Below are positions 1 through 10,246 of a stretch of 64,000 bases of DNA, one piece after another. The notes under the pieces are model-generated. The model saw only the letters and a list, made by a program, of their open reading frames with translations. It had not been told where the DNA came from and ran no database searches. How positions within the stretch are numbered: position 1 is the first letter of the stretch; the number at the start of each line of letters is the position of its first letter. A program made the translations under genes and the position numbers. Origin of the DNA: an uncultured virus (IMG/VR IMGVR_UViG_3300028196_001171) (taxonomy: Duplodnaviria > Heunggongvirae > Uroviricota > Caudoviricetes); IMG/VR virus record IMGVR_UViG_3300028196_001171, one strand, 5' to 3'.

Positions 1-775
1 GCCTGCCTTTATGTTCTAAAGGATACCTCATAACGCCTGATTGATTTTTAACTTCATAAGAACGCCTCATTAGTTCCTGCGCTTCTGGTGATGCTTTAAT
101 CATTTGGTTCTTATGATTGGTTAAAGCAATTACCTCACATTTATTTATACCTGCTAGTTCTTTTACCTGTTTAAAAAGATTATCATACTCTTCTTTCCAT
201 CCGGGATAAAATACAAGAGGGCTGTAATTACAATGTACTTCCCATCCCAACTGCTTGAGACGGTTAACATCAGCTATACGGCTTTCTATCTTTTGCATCT
301 TAGGTTCTAATATATTAGAATACTTCTGAGGCATAAGACTAACACGAACTCTTGGAGGCTTGTTAAAATTACTAACGTCTAACGTTAATAGTCCTGGGTA
401 CTTTGTAGCCATTGTTGTATTAAGATTTTTATGTTTATCATACATAAGCAAGTAATCATATAAAGAAATTCCTGCTTTCCTCACATGTTTCTGCATCAGT
501 ACTAAATCTGTATTACAAGCAATGTCAACCATTGTGTATATTGGGTCTTGTTGATCAGGCACTTTATAGTAACTTTTTTCCCAATCAACAACAGACTTAA
601 ATATTTGATCAACGTTTCTATTTACAAAAACTCTTTTACCATTATACCTAGACATATAACAGTAGGTATCTACACAGCCACCAAAACAACCATATATGAG
701 GTTTGGGGCTATGCAGTTAGCACTATTGTTATTTGGTTTAGTTATAAGAGTTGTTGTTTTTTGTACCTTAATCAT
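1..775 (-). CDS. Spore photoproduct lyase-family radical SAM protein (3' end runs off the window)
   Basis: Not in the ORF track; translated by hand from ATG at 775: MIKVQKTTTLITKPNNNSANCIAPNLIYGCFGGCVDTYCYMSRYNG...DIACNTDL...ATKYP...RVRVSLMPQ...ESRIADVNRLKQLGWEVHCNYSPLVFYPGWKEEY. The Cys triad and the ATK, RxRxSLMP and HxNxSPxxxxxGW motifs resemble SplB-like proteins. Confidence 0.8.
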   Translation of the reverse strand, partial: MIKVQKTTTLITKPNNNSANCIAPNLIYGCFGGCVDTYCYMSRYNGKRVFVNRNVDQIFKSVVDWEKSYYKVPDQQDPIYTMVDIACNTDLVLMQKHVRKAGISLYDYLLMYDKHKNLNTTMATKYPGLLTLDVSNFNKPPRVRVSLMPQKYSNILEPKMQKIESRIADVNRLKQLGWEVHCNYSPLVFYPGWKEEYDNLFKQVKELAGINKCEVIALTNHKNQMIKASPEAQELMRRSYEVKNQSGVMRYPLEHKGR

Positions 776-1127
776 TTTTTATGTAAGCTGACTCAGTACC
801 AGATATAATATCTATATCTTTTACTACAATGTCCTTTACAAATTGACCATTAATCATTTTACCTGTACGTTTTGTAATTACATTGTAAGCACTTTCAAGG
901 CACTCTTCTAAACTAAGATTTTGCATCTTAGCTTGAATAATCAAGGTGACCATAATGTCACCCATAGCATCTATAATCTCTTCACGGTCATCATTATTGA
1001 TAGCCGTAATAAGTTCTGTTGTTTCTTCTAATGTTTTCAATGACTGGGCCATTGGTGTAGCTTTAGCAAGAATACCTTTTTCTTCTGCCCAGTTTTCAAC
1101 TGCACATTCTAATTCAAAATAATCCAT
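768..1127 (-). CDS. MazG-like nucleotide pyrophosphohydrolase
   Basis: KTLEETTEL...EIIDAMGDIMVTL ExxE/DxxD motifs; ends AYNVITKRTGKMING, as seen in phage MazG-like proteins. Confidence 0.85.
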   Translation of the reverse strand: MDYFELECAVENWAEEKGILAKATPMAQSLKTLEETTELITAINNDDREEIIDAMGDIMVTLIIQAKMQNLSLEECLESAYNVITKRTGKMINGQFVKDIVVKDIDIISGTESAYIKND

Positions 1128-1131
1128 ATGT

Positions 1132-3123
1132 TTAAAATAATTTTAATTGATTTGATGACACTGATAATATACTATTTATCTCTGACTCAATTGCTTGCAG
1201 ATAATAAAGCTTATTAATATTATAGTTTTCCCATTTAGGTTCTACTTGCATATCATTAAATAAACTTTGTAACCACTTGCCGGCCTCTAGTTGTATTTCA
1301 CGATCATCATTTTTGTTAACTTTTACAATCTTTACTCCATCTTTAGATATAAAATATCTATTGATTTTTTGTAATTTATCTTCAGTGTATTTGCCATCCT
1401 TAACATATCTTGCTACTTGCTGCCAATTACCCTTTGATTTACCACCTATACAATAATCTAGAATGTTTTTATTTTGTTCTAAATAGTCTTCAGGTAGTAT
1501 GTTTTTTACAAAAAAAGCATATATAGCTTTTGGTATAACCAACTTAGACTTATTCTTATGCAACTGTAAGTTGTGAAAATCAAATCTACCCTTAAGTTTA
1601 ACAGGGGCATAACTAAATTTATCATTTTTAACTTTAAACAAATAATGAGGTAAAGACTGTTTAACTTCTCTAAACTTTGTTATGTCAACATCTATGTAGT
1701 TGTTTACACCAATGTAATTATTTACATCAGATAAAACAAGCTTTTGATATTCATCATGTTCTAAGTTTAAATTAGTTTTCTCCTCCCATTCTTCACATAT
1801 TTGCATATATAAATCATAGTGCTCTCTTGGTATTATAGTCTCTACGCCATCTGTGTTTTGTAATAAAGCTACAGCACCCGGTATACGCTCCATTATTTGT
1901 TCATAAAGCATCATTAATGTTAGTTGACCATTAATTGTAATCTTCATACACAATTCTGGATCATAAAAGAAGCTGTTTACATCATTGCTAAGGCCAAAAG
2001 TAGAATTAAGTATAATCTTGTATACATAATTCATTGGATTGCTCTTAGGTATCTTCTTACGCTCTTCAAAGAACCATTCATACTGATCACAAAACTGGTC
2101 AACTGGAAAATGCTCAGGTGACCACTTGTTTTTGATTGCTAAATTTGGGTAAAAAGATGTTACATCTGAACTCATAATTAACATATCATCACTACTTTCA
2201 TAAACACCTTTGCTAGCAGCACCATGTGCACCACCTAAACCAAAATGTGTCTTTACAGATTTATAATCTATATGATATTTAAAACTACCTTTTAAGTTAG
2301 TAGCATCTATCTCTAAAGATTTAAACCTATCATGTAGTGTTTTAAACTCTTGAGATGTAAACGTTATATATGGTAATAAAATATCAGATACTTTAATAAC
2401 AGTTCTATGAGTTCTCATTTGTTTAAGGTCCCTCTTTGGTATATTAAGTTTTTCTGATAAATAATAACCAAAAAGTTCTTTACTAATTCTTGGTTCAGAG
2501 GCGCTATACAGATTTATATTATATGTATCTGTCAACTCTTTACGTAGTTTTATCAGTGATTTTGATCTATTAAAGACTTCTTTAGTTGATTTAACATCAT
2601 TAACATTATACTCAATTATAGTATCAATTTCTTCAAGAGTTTTAATCTTAGCTGTATGATCTATAGGCATTTCTAATATATTTTGCCAGTCCATACTGTA
2701 TTGTATCCACTTAAGACTAGAACGTTTAGCCGGGTTATCCCAATGATGTAACTTAAATAGATCTATCTGACCCACCTGCATTTTCCATATAGGATAATCC
2801 ATAAACTCTTTGTTATTAGACTTATTAATACAGTACTGTGCGTACCTATAGATTATATTAGCTATTTCACATCCTTTAAGATCACACCATAAGTAATGAT
2901 TATCTATTATATATTGAGTGATCTGACCATCAAAGGCTAAACCGTTGTATGATATATGCCACTCTTTATTTGTAACGTTTTGTTCAAGAAAATCTATAAA
3001 CTCATCAAAATCATTTCTCAGATCATGAACAACAAACGTTTTGCTTTCATTTGTTTTATAATGTTCAAATACTCCGGTGAAACAATTAGATAAAGTCTCA
3101 TAATCCATTACCCAATGCTTCAT
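1132..3123 (-). CDS. DNA polymerase family B with 3'-5' exonuclease domain
   Basis: ExoI DYE, ExoII YNGLAFD, ExoIII YNVNDV; polymerase motifs DVTSFYP, KIILNSTFG, NTDG. Confidence 0.9.
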   Translation of the reverse strand: MKHWVMDYETLSNCFTGVFEHYKTNESKTFVVHDLRNDFDEFIDFLEQNVTNKEWHISYNGLAFDGQITQYIIDNHYLWCDLKGCEIANIIYRYAQYCINKSNNKEFMDYPIWKMQVGQIDLFKLHHWDNPAKRSSLKWIQYSMDWQNILEMPIDHTAKIKTLEEIDTIIEYNVNDVKSTKEVFNRSKSLIKLRKELTDTYNINLYSASEPRISKELFGYYLSEKLNIPKRDLKQMRTHRTVIKVSDILLPYITFTSQEFKTLHDRFKSLEIDATNLKGSFKYHIDYKSVKTHFGLGGAHGAASKGVYESSDDMLIMSSDVTSFYPNLAIKNKWSPEHFPVDQFCDQYEWFFEERKKIPKSNPMNYVYKIILNSTFGLSNDVNSFFYDPELCMKITINGQLTLMMLYEQIMERIPGAVALLQNTDGVETIIPREHYDLYMQICEEWEEKTNLNLEHDEYQKLVLSDVNNYIGVNNYIDVDITKFREVKQSLPHYLFKVKNDKFSYAPVKLKGRFDFHNLQLHKNKSKLVIPKAIYAFFVKNILPEDYLEQNKNILDYCIGGKSKGNWQQVARYVKDGKYTEDKLQKINRYFISKDGVKIVKVNKNDDREIQLEAGKWLQSLFNDMQVEPKWENYNINKLYYLQAIESEINSILSVSSNQLKLF

Positions 3124-3266
3124 TCTTTTGTTTTTTTAAGTTTATCTTTAAATGTATGTAAAGTTCTTTCAGTAATACCTAAAGCTTTAGCTGCACCTCT
3201 TACAGTTTTATATTTATTAAGAGCTAGAGTCATTACTCTCTCTCTCATTTGAATTAGTGTTTCCAT
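3120..3266 (-). CDS. Small Fis-type helix-turn-helix protein (48 aa)
   Basis: Hand translation METLIQMRERVMTLALNKYKTVRGAAKALGITERTLHTFKDKLKKTKE; AAKALGIxxRTL signature; ATGA overlap with the polB start. Confidence 0.75.
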   Translation of the reverse strand: METLIQMRERVMTLALNKYKTVRGAAKALGITERTLHTFKDKLKKTKE

Positions 3267-3540
3267 CTTTATAATTTTTAAGTGCTACTACTTTAGCTTC
3301 TAATATAAGATCCATAATAGAATCATAAATATTTTCTACAGCTTCTGGTGATCCATCACGCTCTAACTTTTTATCTATTTCTCTTTCATATAAGTCAACT
3401 GTCCTAATCACATGTTTGATCTTTCTCTTGACTTCTTGACTATGTATATATTGCAATCCATGTGCTAGCTCACCCATACACTTGTTCATTGCTATTAGGA
3501 TATTAATATCCATTATTTCTTCTTCCCTTAATTGTTTCAT
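3217..3540 (-). CDS. Hypothetical protein
   Basis: ORF track 3217..3561; start moved to the ATG at 3540, downstream of the terminator. Confidence 0.6.
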   Translation of the reverse strand: MKQLREEEIMDINILIAMNKCMGELAHGLQYIHSQEVKRKIKHVIRTVDLYEREIDKKLERDGSPEAVENIYDSIMDLILEAKVVALKNYKDGNTNSNERESNDSSS

Positions 3541-3558
3541 AATATAATTTATTAGAGC

Positions 3559-3591
3559 CAAAAAAAGCTCAAATCAATGAGCTTTCTTTTT
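3559..3591 (-). terminator. Intrinsic terminator
   Basis: Minus strand AAAGCTCA-TTGATT-TGAGCTTT followed by a T run. Confidence 0.7.
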
Positions 3592-3615
3592 AAAAATCAA
3601 TAAAGTATTAGACCT

Positions 3616-4035
3616 TTATTGACCAGGTAGAATTAAATTAGATGTTTTAGTTTCCTTTACATCTATATTCATGAACTGTGTGTAGTCAAATTCTGTAGCA
3701 TTGACAGCAAACATATGAATAAAAGTTTCTATATCAGCTTTATCATTAAGATAAAACTCAGAGAAAGTATCTACTAACCTTCTCTCTTCTTTAACTGTTT
3801 TACCAGTTTGTGGATTTGGTGCTTTTAATCTTTGAGGATCTCCGTTATCATCTAACTTTGGTACCATATGATAAGATTGTTTCATCACTTTACTGATGAC
3901 AGCTAAAATACCTGACGCAGGGTCAAACATAGCTTCTGTATAAGGTGAGTCTAAACTCACAGGAATTAATGTAAATGAATTTACATTTCTAAATACTGAT
4001 TTTACCAGCATCATATTTTGTCCTATTTGTGCCAT
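3616..4035 (-). CDS. Hypothetical protein
   Basis: 139-aa ORF with its own TATCTTTG promoter and an AAAACCAA leader. Confidence 0.7.
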   Translation of the reverse strand: MAQIGQNMMLVKSVFRNVNSFTLIPVSLDSPYTEAMFDPASGILAVISKVMKQSYHMVPKLDDNGDPQRLKAPNPQTGKTVKEERRLVDTFSEFYLNDKADIETFIHMFAVNATEFDYTQFMNIDVKETKTSNLILPGQ

Positions 4036-4043
4036 AATTGGTT

Positions 4044-4622
4044 TTATTTATTGCTCAAAGATATTGAAGTATCTTCTAATAACCTAGCTAAAAGATAATT
4101 ATTATCAACTAAGGTTTCTTTTTCTAAATCTGGAGGTGTACATATCTCATGAACATCTTTCAATTGTTCTACTGATACATTTAAAAACTCTGCATATTCT
4201 TCATGACTTTCTTGCGGTGACAAAAAAGAATGAACATATTCAGAAACTTTATCATCATCTCCAAAATAATCTAATATATTAATTTTACTATCTACACTTA
4301 TATTTGAATACTTACCTTTAATAAAGTTATCATAATCAAACTTTAATGGAGTAAAATCATAAACTATCAGGTGTCTTCTCTCACTAAGTTTTATATGCTT
4401 ATAAAAATGTTGATGGGAAAATACATACTTTTCTAAAAACAATATAAATTTCTCAGTCATAGGGGTCTGATATAAACACATAAACATTGTATCATCAATA
4501 GAGTAGACATCTTCCAAGGCTATATAAGTTTGCCTAGGAACATGTCCAATGCCTTTTTTATATCCAAGTAATGGATACATAAAAACTTTACTCTTTTGAA
4601 AATAGTCTGTGTAAACACCCAT
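4044..4622 (-). CDS. Hypothetical protein
   Basis: 192-aa ORF tightly packed in the operon. Confidence 0.7.
   Translation of the reverse strand: MGVYTDYFQKSKVFMYPLLGYKKGIGHVPRQTYIALEDVYSIDDTMFMCLYQTPMTEKFILFLEKYVFSHQHFYKHIKLSERRHLIVYDFTPLKFDYDNFIKGKYSNISVDSKINILDYFGDDDKVSEYVHSFLSPQESHEEYAEFLNVSVEQLKDVHEICTPPDLEKETLVDNNYLLARLLEDTSISLSNK
4056..4063 (-). promoter_or_regulatory. Bacteroidetes sigma70-type -7 element (TATCTTTG)
   Basis: Matches TAnnTTTG, about 20 nt upstream of the ATG at 4035. Confidence 0.55.
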
Positions 4623-4623
4623 A

Positions 4624-5619
4624 CTATAATTTAACTTTATTTACTAAGAATTCATATGGTAGACTGTAGTTTCTTTCATTATAATGATACTCAGCAGCTT
4701 TTAATACACCACCAAGACCTTCTGCCCAACCACCTAATGTTTCTTGAGACACATCAAATACGTAAGTTTGATTATACTTATCAATCACAACAAATTTGAA
4801 ATCTATTGTATAATCATCACGGTTATCTACGGATTCCATAGAGTCCCATACTAACTTACAGTATATAGCTGCTTGTAACCAATAATTATAAAAGTCTACT
4901 GTTTCCTTAAAGTCACTTATTGTTTTACCAGTAGTCTTTAAATCAGTTATAACAGCTTTTTTTTCTTTATGATCTATACTAAAGAAATCTATATAACCAT
5001 GTAAACCAAAAGGTAACCCTTTTAACTTACAGCTTAGATATTTTTCTGCGTGTGTTTCATAATCATCTAATTCAAAATCTGTAGGTGCTTCTTCAAATAT
5101 AGCCATAACATCACTGTTACTTTTAATAATTTCAGATTGATCTTTACATCTTAATAAAGTATCTTGATCAACAACATCAACGTTAGTATTAGATAAAAAT
5201 TCCCAGTAAGGTTCAAACTCCGTGTTTATAATCTTAACAATACGTTGCTCATCTGTTTTTAGAGACTGATACAAATTCATTTCTTTGAGTGAATCCAATA
5301 CTATTTCTGACGGAACATCAAACAACTTTTCTGCGTCTGTATATAAAGACATGTTCTTTAAAACCTTTCTAACACTATCTGATGGTGCTTTGCTGGGTGT
5401 TATACTAAACTTATCTTTTAAATTATCAGGTTCAAACAATAAACAATGAAGTAGCTTTCCTTCTACTAAGTGCTTATCTGTTCTTACCTCTTTGTCCTTT
5501 AATATATAATCCTTATAAAATAAGAATGGTGAAAATAATAATTTGTTTAAAGAAGAGTAGCTAAAGCAAAATTTATTATTTGCATAAAACTCCTCTTCTT
5601 TTTGAAAGTTTCTATTCAT
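4624..5619 (-). CDS. PD-(D/E)XK exonuclease (RecE/Cas4-like)
   Basis: FSYSSL, GKLLHCLL, GYIDFF...ITDLKTT, YNYWLQAAIY motifs. Confidence 0.8.
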   Translation of the reverse strand: MNRNFQKEEEFYANNKFCFSYSSLNKLLFSPFLFYKDYILKDKEVRTDKHLVEGKLLHCLLFEPDNLKDKFSITPSKAPSDSVRKVLKNMSLYTDAEKLFDVPSEIVLDSLKEMNLYQSLKTDEQRIVKIINTEFEPYWEFLSNTNVDVVDQDTLLRCKDQSEIIKSNSDVMAIFEEAPTDFELDDYETHAEKYLSCKLKGLPFGLHGYIDFFSIDHKEKKAVITDLKTTGKTISDFKETVDFYNYWLQAAIYCKLVWDSMESVDNRDDYTIDFKFVVIDKYNQTYVFDVSQETLGGWAEGLGGVLKAAEYHYNERNYSLPYEFLVNKVKL

Positions 5620-6754
5620 TTATGTTTTCTTCTATTTTGTCTACAATATACAAATTATCTAAATCAACTTTAAATATATCTGAACTATCACCAACAATTG
5701 GCCCTAGTAAAGTATTTAAAAGTTGTTTTCTAGATCTATCTACTGCAAATCTTGTTAATTTTCTATCTTTTGCTAATAATGACAAGTAATTATTAAAACT
5801 ATATATAGTGGTTGTATTATGAACTCCTTCATATGCTTTTAATCTATTACGCATTGCTTTAACATTAACTGAATTCCAGTTATTTGTATTTTTAAACCAA
5901 TCATATTTCCAATAATATAATCCTGATACTACATCAAATGATTTTTCTATATTACAATTAGCCATCATTTCTACTGCTAAAGATCTGTTATCTATATCTG
6001 TACTTAGAATCATTTTTTCAATATCTTCATATTTATCATTTTCTATTACTGCTAGCTCACCATCAATAATATTAGAAATATCAGTATCAAATACAATTTG
6101 ACTTGTTGACTGCAAAAGATTATTAAAAGCTTCTGCACTTTTTTTAGGTAATATCCAATCATTACCTTCATCATTATTCAGATCTTCATCAAGCATATAT
6201 TTATTTACCTCATCATATAATTTAGGGTTGCTGCCGTTCCAATGCTTATTTACTTTAAAGTCTATCATACTAAATGTTGGAGTTTCATTTAAAAACTCTT
6301 GTATTTTAGCTGTTGCTAAATCAGTAAATGCATTCTTATCCGCTTTCATCCATTTTACAACTTGAAACAAAGACTGATATGGTATAGAACTAGCCCATGT
6401 TCTTTCAAGTAGGGTGTCAAATAATTTTAATGATACTATAGATATATCTGCTTTTGTTATATCTCTAATAACTTTACAATTATATTTATCTTTCATTAAA
6501 TCCATTTTTTGTCTAGGCAAAGTTATCTTAGGAAATCTATATATATTTTTATCCTGCAGATCTATTTCTTGATCACTCTCTACTAAAGGTAAACCTAATT
6601 TTTCTAAATCTTCAGCTTCAACTTGCCAACCATTTTTATTATATAGCCATTGCTCTTCAAGCTTATCAAATTTTATACCTGATGGTTTTATTTTACCATT
6701 GCTATCTATATGCTCATCATATAATTCAATATGGAATCTGTATTTTGGTCTCAT
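5612..6754 (-). CDS. Hypothetical protein with BRCT-like segment (paralog of next gene)
   Basis: KNIYRFPKITLPRQKMDLMKDKYNCKVIRDITKADISIV resembles a BRCT core and aligns with the neighbouring protein. Confidence 0.6.
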   Translation of the reverse strand: MRPKYRFHIELYDEHIDSNGKIKPSGIKFDKLEEQWLYNKNGWQVEAEDLEKLGLPLVESDQEIDLQDKNIYRFPKITLPRQKMDLMKDKYNCKVIRDITKADISIVSLKLFDTLLERTWASSIPYQSLFQVVKWMKADKNAFTDLATAKIQEFLNETPTFSMIDFKVNKHWNGSNPKLYDEVNKYMLDEDLNNDEGNDWILPKKSAEAFNNLLQSTSQIVFDTDISNIIDGELAVIENDKYEDIEKMILSTDIDNRSLAVEMMANCNIEKSFDVVSGLYYWKYDWFKNTNNWNSVNVKAMRNRLKAYEGVHNTTTIYSFNNYLSLLAKDRKLTRFAVDRSRKQLLNTLLGPIVGDSSDIFKVDLDNLYIVDKIEENINE

Positions 6755-6760
6755 AATTTT

Positions 6761-7798
6761 TTATTTTAAATATTGTTGATATTCTTTTTTAACAGCTACT
6801 TTAAATGTATAAAGATCTCTGTTGTGAATGCTTATTTCTCTCCTTACTATAGGCTCAAGATATCTAAATGATACTTTATCAAGTTTTTCTTCTTTTTCTA
6901 ACCATAGTATCATATCCTGAGCACTCTTTCTTTCAAATTTTAAAAAGTTTGATACTTCTAGCCAGTACCTAAGATCTTTATCTCTATTATCTGCATATGT
7001 AATATTACTACAGTCTTGAGCAAATTGCCATAATAGATGATAATTTTTTGTATAGTCTATTGTAGGTACAATTTTAAGAGCTAAAGCTTTGTCTTCAGCG
7101 TATGTAGCAAGCTGAACTTTAAGATCACTAAGAAGTTGTTCATCAAGAATCATCTTTGTTGCAGATGCACATAATACTGTTTCAGGATCAATAACACTAA
7201 CATTTGTGGTATCAATTATATGAGCTAAATTTACAGCCATACCGGTTAACATCCACTCATCATAAAGACTAGTTTCAATATCTAAATCATAGTATCTTAC
7301 ACTTTCTGTAAGCTTAGGAGTTAGTATAACTTCTAGGCCAGAATTATATATTGCTATTTCTTTAGGATGTGTTGCATGATGTCTACCTTTAGTAGTTTCA
7401 TAATTCCACAGCTTGTTCATCATTATAGTAGAAGGAATATTGTCAGCGTTTTCTAAACGGTGAGTTGATATATCTTCATGGCCTATAATTAGATCCGCTA
7501 ATTCATAATCATTTGTTACAGTTATACCATGCTCTTTAAGAGCTACTTTTAATCTATCTTGAGATACATTACACTTAGGTAATATAAAAGCTTTCTTTTT
7601 AGTTCTAAAAGTTTGTTCATCTTCTGTTGGGACAGTTAGTATAGTGTTTATTTTCTCATATGTTGTTTGATCTTGAGTACATAATACTTTATTAACCTCC
7701 CCTGAACCAGAAAGGACACCATAAATAGTGTCCTGTTCTAGTCCAAAGTAAGTTAAAGCATCAGTATCAAAATCTTGATATACTGATTTATTTGCCAT
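6761..7798 (-). CDS. Hypothetical protein with BRCT-like segment
   Basis: KKAFILPKCNVSQDRLKVALKEHGITVTNDYELADLIIG. Confidence 0.6.
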   Translation of the reverse strand: MANKSVYQDFDTDALTYFGLEQDTIYGVLSGSGEVNKVLCTQDQTTYEKINTILTVPTEDEQTFRTKKKAFILPKCNVSQDRLKVALKEHGITVTNDYELADLIIGHEDISTHRLENADNIPSTIMMNKLWNYETTKGRHHATHPKEIAIYNSGLEVILTPKLTESVRYYDLDIETSLYDEWMLTGMAVNLAHIIDTTNVSVIDPETVLCASATKMILDEQLLSDLKVQLATYAEDKALALKIVPTIDYTKNYHLLWQFAQDCSNITYADNRDKDLRYWLEVSNFLKFERKSAQDMILWLEKEEKLDKVSFRYLEPIVRREISIHNRDLYTFKVAVKKEYQQYLK

Positions 7799-7799
7799 T

Positions 7800-9071
7800 T
7801 TATTTCATTGTCATTTGGACAATCTCTGGGATCATCATTAGTTTATTAAACTTCTTTTTATTACCATTAAATATGGTACGTACAATTAAATACTTAAGAT
7901 CATTAGTAAAATAATCTTTAGTACATAATGCTTTAAGTCTATCAGTTACTTTCTGACCTACTGTATTATCTTGAGAATATACAACGGAGAAGTTACCAAG
8001 CCTTGTAGCTAAAGTAGATGCAATATCTGCACGGTATGTATCATCTTTACCAATACAACCTCTAAGCTCACCTAAGATGTATGCCTCATTATCATGAGTC
8101 AACAAATCTTTTGGTGTTACCAGCTTATCAAGCTTGTTATTAATAAAAGTTGTAAACATAGAAGCAAAAGCATCACCTACACTACCTTCACCAATCATCT
8201 GAATCATACTAAGGTTATCTTCAAAAGAATCAAAGCTTGATATTGCATTAAAGAATGTAGTAATAGATCTTGCATTTGTTTCTTGCGTTACCAGTTCTGG
8301 ATGAAGTAACAGGAAGTTAATACATCTAGTATCAATTCCTGCACCCTCAGCCCATTGTGCCCATACATCAACATCAAACTTTAAGTTAGCGGTTACATAT
8401 CTAGTCTTCTGTGCACTATCTACACTGTTAACCATATAATCCCCGTTGTCTGGGTTTGCTGTCAAAATTATGTGCCAGTCTTTTGGTAATGTCCATGAGA
8501 TATAAGATTGTCTATCAATCAATTCCATAACTGCTTGAATAAATCTTGTGTCAGCACGGTTCCAGTCATCTAGTAATAAGATACCACCGGCCTTTGCATC
8601 TGCAATCCATTCAGGAGCACAATAAGACATTCTGTTCTTACCAGTCATTTTGTATCCATTCTTTAGATACTCTTGTACGGCAAGTTCATCAACCCATTGT
8701 CCTACTTTTTTTGTTACTGTTTGATTAAGATTAGCTAAACTAGTACCTGCAGCTCTTTGTGTAGCTGTAACCATAGAAAGATTGTCTTGTTGTTTTACTG
8801 CTACTTTTTTTTCTTTATACATCTGGAACTGACGTACAGGGAAGCCTACTAAGTCACCTAACTCTTCTATCTGTGCAAGGTTAAGCTTTACAAACTTCAG
8901 GTTATTATCTTGAGCAAGCTCTACTATAGTAGAAGTCTTACCAATACCTGATTCACCTACAACTTCTACTGATACAGAATTCTTTCCCGCTTCTTGTAGA
9001 TATCTGTTATTTGTAATTATGTGATTTACAAATCCTTTTAGTTCTGTTACATTTAAATTTACTTGTGCCAT
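7800..9071 (-). CDS. MoxR-like AAA+ ATPase
   Basis: Walker A GESGIGKT, GDLVGFP, Walker B LLLDDWNRA, sensor ILTANP; adjacent to a VWA gene. Confidence 0.85.
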   Translation of the reverse strand: MAQVNLNVTELKGFVNHIITNNRYLQEAGKNSVSVEVVGESGIGKTSTIVELAQDNNLKFVKLNLAQIEELGDLVGFPVRQFQMYKEKKVAVKQQDNLSMVTATQRAAGTSLANLNQTVTKKVGQWVDELAVQEYLKNGYKMTGKNRMSYCAPEWIADAKAGGILLLDDWNRADTRFIQAVMELIDRQSYISWTLPKDWHIILTANPDNGDYMVNSVDSAQKTRYVTANLKFDVDVWAQWAEGAGIDTRCINFLLLHPELVTQETNARSITTFFNAISSFDSFEDNLSMIQMIGEGSVGDAFASMFTTFINNKLDKLVTPKDLLTHDNEAYILGELRGCIGKDDTYRADIASTLATRLGNFSVVYSQDNTVGQKVTDRLKALCTKDYFTNDLKYLIVRTIFNGNKKKFNKLMMIPEIVQMTMK

Positions 9072-9082
9072 TTTCTTTCTAA

Positions 9083-10246
9083 TTAATTAAGTTGTATTTT
9101 CTGTCCTGGTAAATCTTCATTTATATTACACCTGCTACTGTGTACCCATAATGTATTATGAGGACAGTCATCAGGAGAATATGCTTCACCATCTGTTAAA
9201 TATATGAGAGCTGTGTATTGCCCCTTGTTTTCATTAAAGTGATCTATTACTGGTTGGAAGCTTGTTCCACCACGACCATGTATTTCCCAATCTTTTTTTG
9301 GATTAAATTCTTTCACGCTATTCAAGCGGGTATCACATTGTGCAACTGTAATCTTATGACCTGTCTTATGCATATGCGTAAGTTCACTAAAAAATTCTTT
9401 TAGTTCTTCATTGTTTACAGATCCACTTGTGTCAACACCAACAAGTATGTGATTTTTGAATTTAATCTTAAGCCCTGGATTAGCTGCATAACGTTTATTG
9501 TATTTACGTCTCAGCTTTTTGGTATAAACTATACTAGAGTTACCTACAAATCTTCTTAGATAACCTTTCCAATCAAATTTTGGTGGTTCAATGTGCATTA
9601 ACCTATGAATCAAATCAGCAAGCTCACCCGGTATATTACCTTGTTTCTTTTCTGTTTGCTCTGCAGATGCTTTAAGTTGATGTTCAATTTGTTTCTGAAC
9701 TAACTTCTTATCTGCTTCAGGTAATTCATCAAAGTCTTTCCATGTACTATGACAATAAGGTGACTCACCATTCATTTTATCCATTAAACTATCTAGAGAT
9801 GGAGATGTCCCGTCTTCCTGTGCTTGTTCCAAAAGTCTATAATATTCTTTTGTACCTGCTCTAGCAGGAAGATTAAGTTCAGGAAAACTTGATAGTAATA
9901 AACCACCATCAGGTAATTTACTTTCCAGTATGTACTGGTTGATCTCTAAATCTGCAGCTATATTAAATAGCTTATGATCATTATATAGATCTCTTAATAT
10001 CAAATGACCAAATGCAATGTGCAATAGCTCATGTTTAATTAATCCAAATCTGTGATCTTCACTGAGTTCATTATAGAACTCTGGGTTTATAGTCAATTGC
10101 ATACCAATACCTTGTTTACTAACTCCTGCTGTAGGAATCTTATTACTGTATTGCTTATTGATACCAATTAAAAAGAGCCCGTAAAAGGGCTCTGTAAATA
10201 TCAAACTTTTGGTTGTTCTTGCAACCTGGTCTTGTATATTTATCAT
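9083..10246 (-). CDS. Metallopeptidase-VWA domain protein (DUF2201-like)
   Basis: HELLHIAFGH (HExxH), NIAADLEINQ, MIDAS VDTSGS, GRGGTSF, IYLTDG. Confidence 0.85.
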   Translation of the reverse strand: MINIQDQVARTTKSLIFTEPFYGLFLIGINKQYSNKIPTAGVSKQGIGMQLTINPEFYNELSEDHRFGLIKHELLHIAFGHLILRDLYNDHKLFNIAADLEINQYILESKLPDGGLLLSSFPELNLPARAGTKEYYRLLEQAQEDGTSPSLDSLMDKMNGESPYCHSTWKDFDELPEADKKLVQKQIEHQLKASAEQTEKKQGNIPGELADLIHRLMHIEPPKFDWKGYLRRFVGNSSIVYTKKLRRKYNKRYAANPGLKIKFKNHILVGVDTSGSVNNEELKEFFSELTHMHKTGHKITVAQCDTRLNSVKEFNPKKDWEIHGRGGTSFQPVIDHFNENKGQYTALIYLTDGEAYSPDDCPHNTLWVHSSRCNINEDLPGQKIQLN

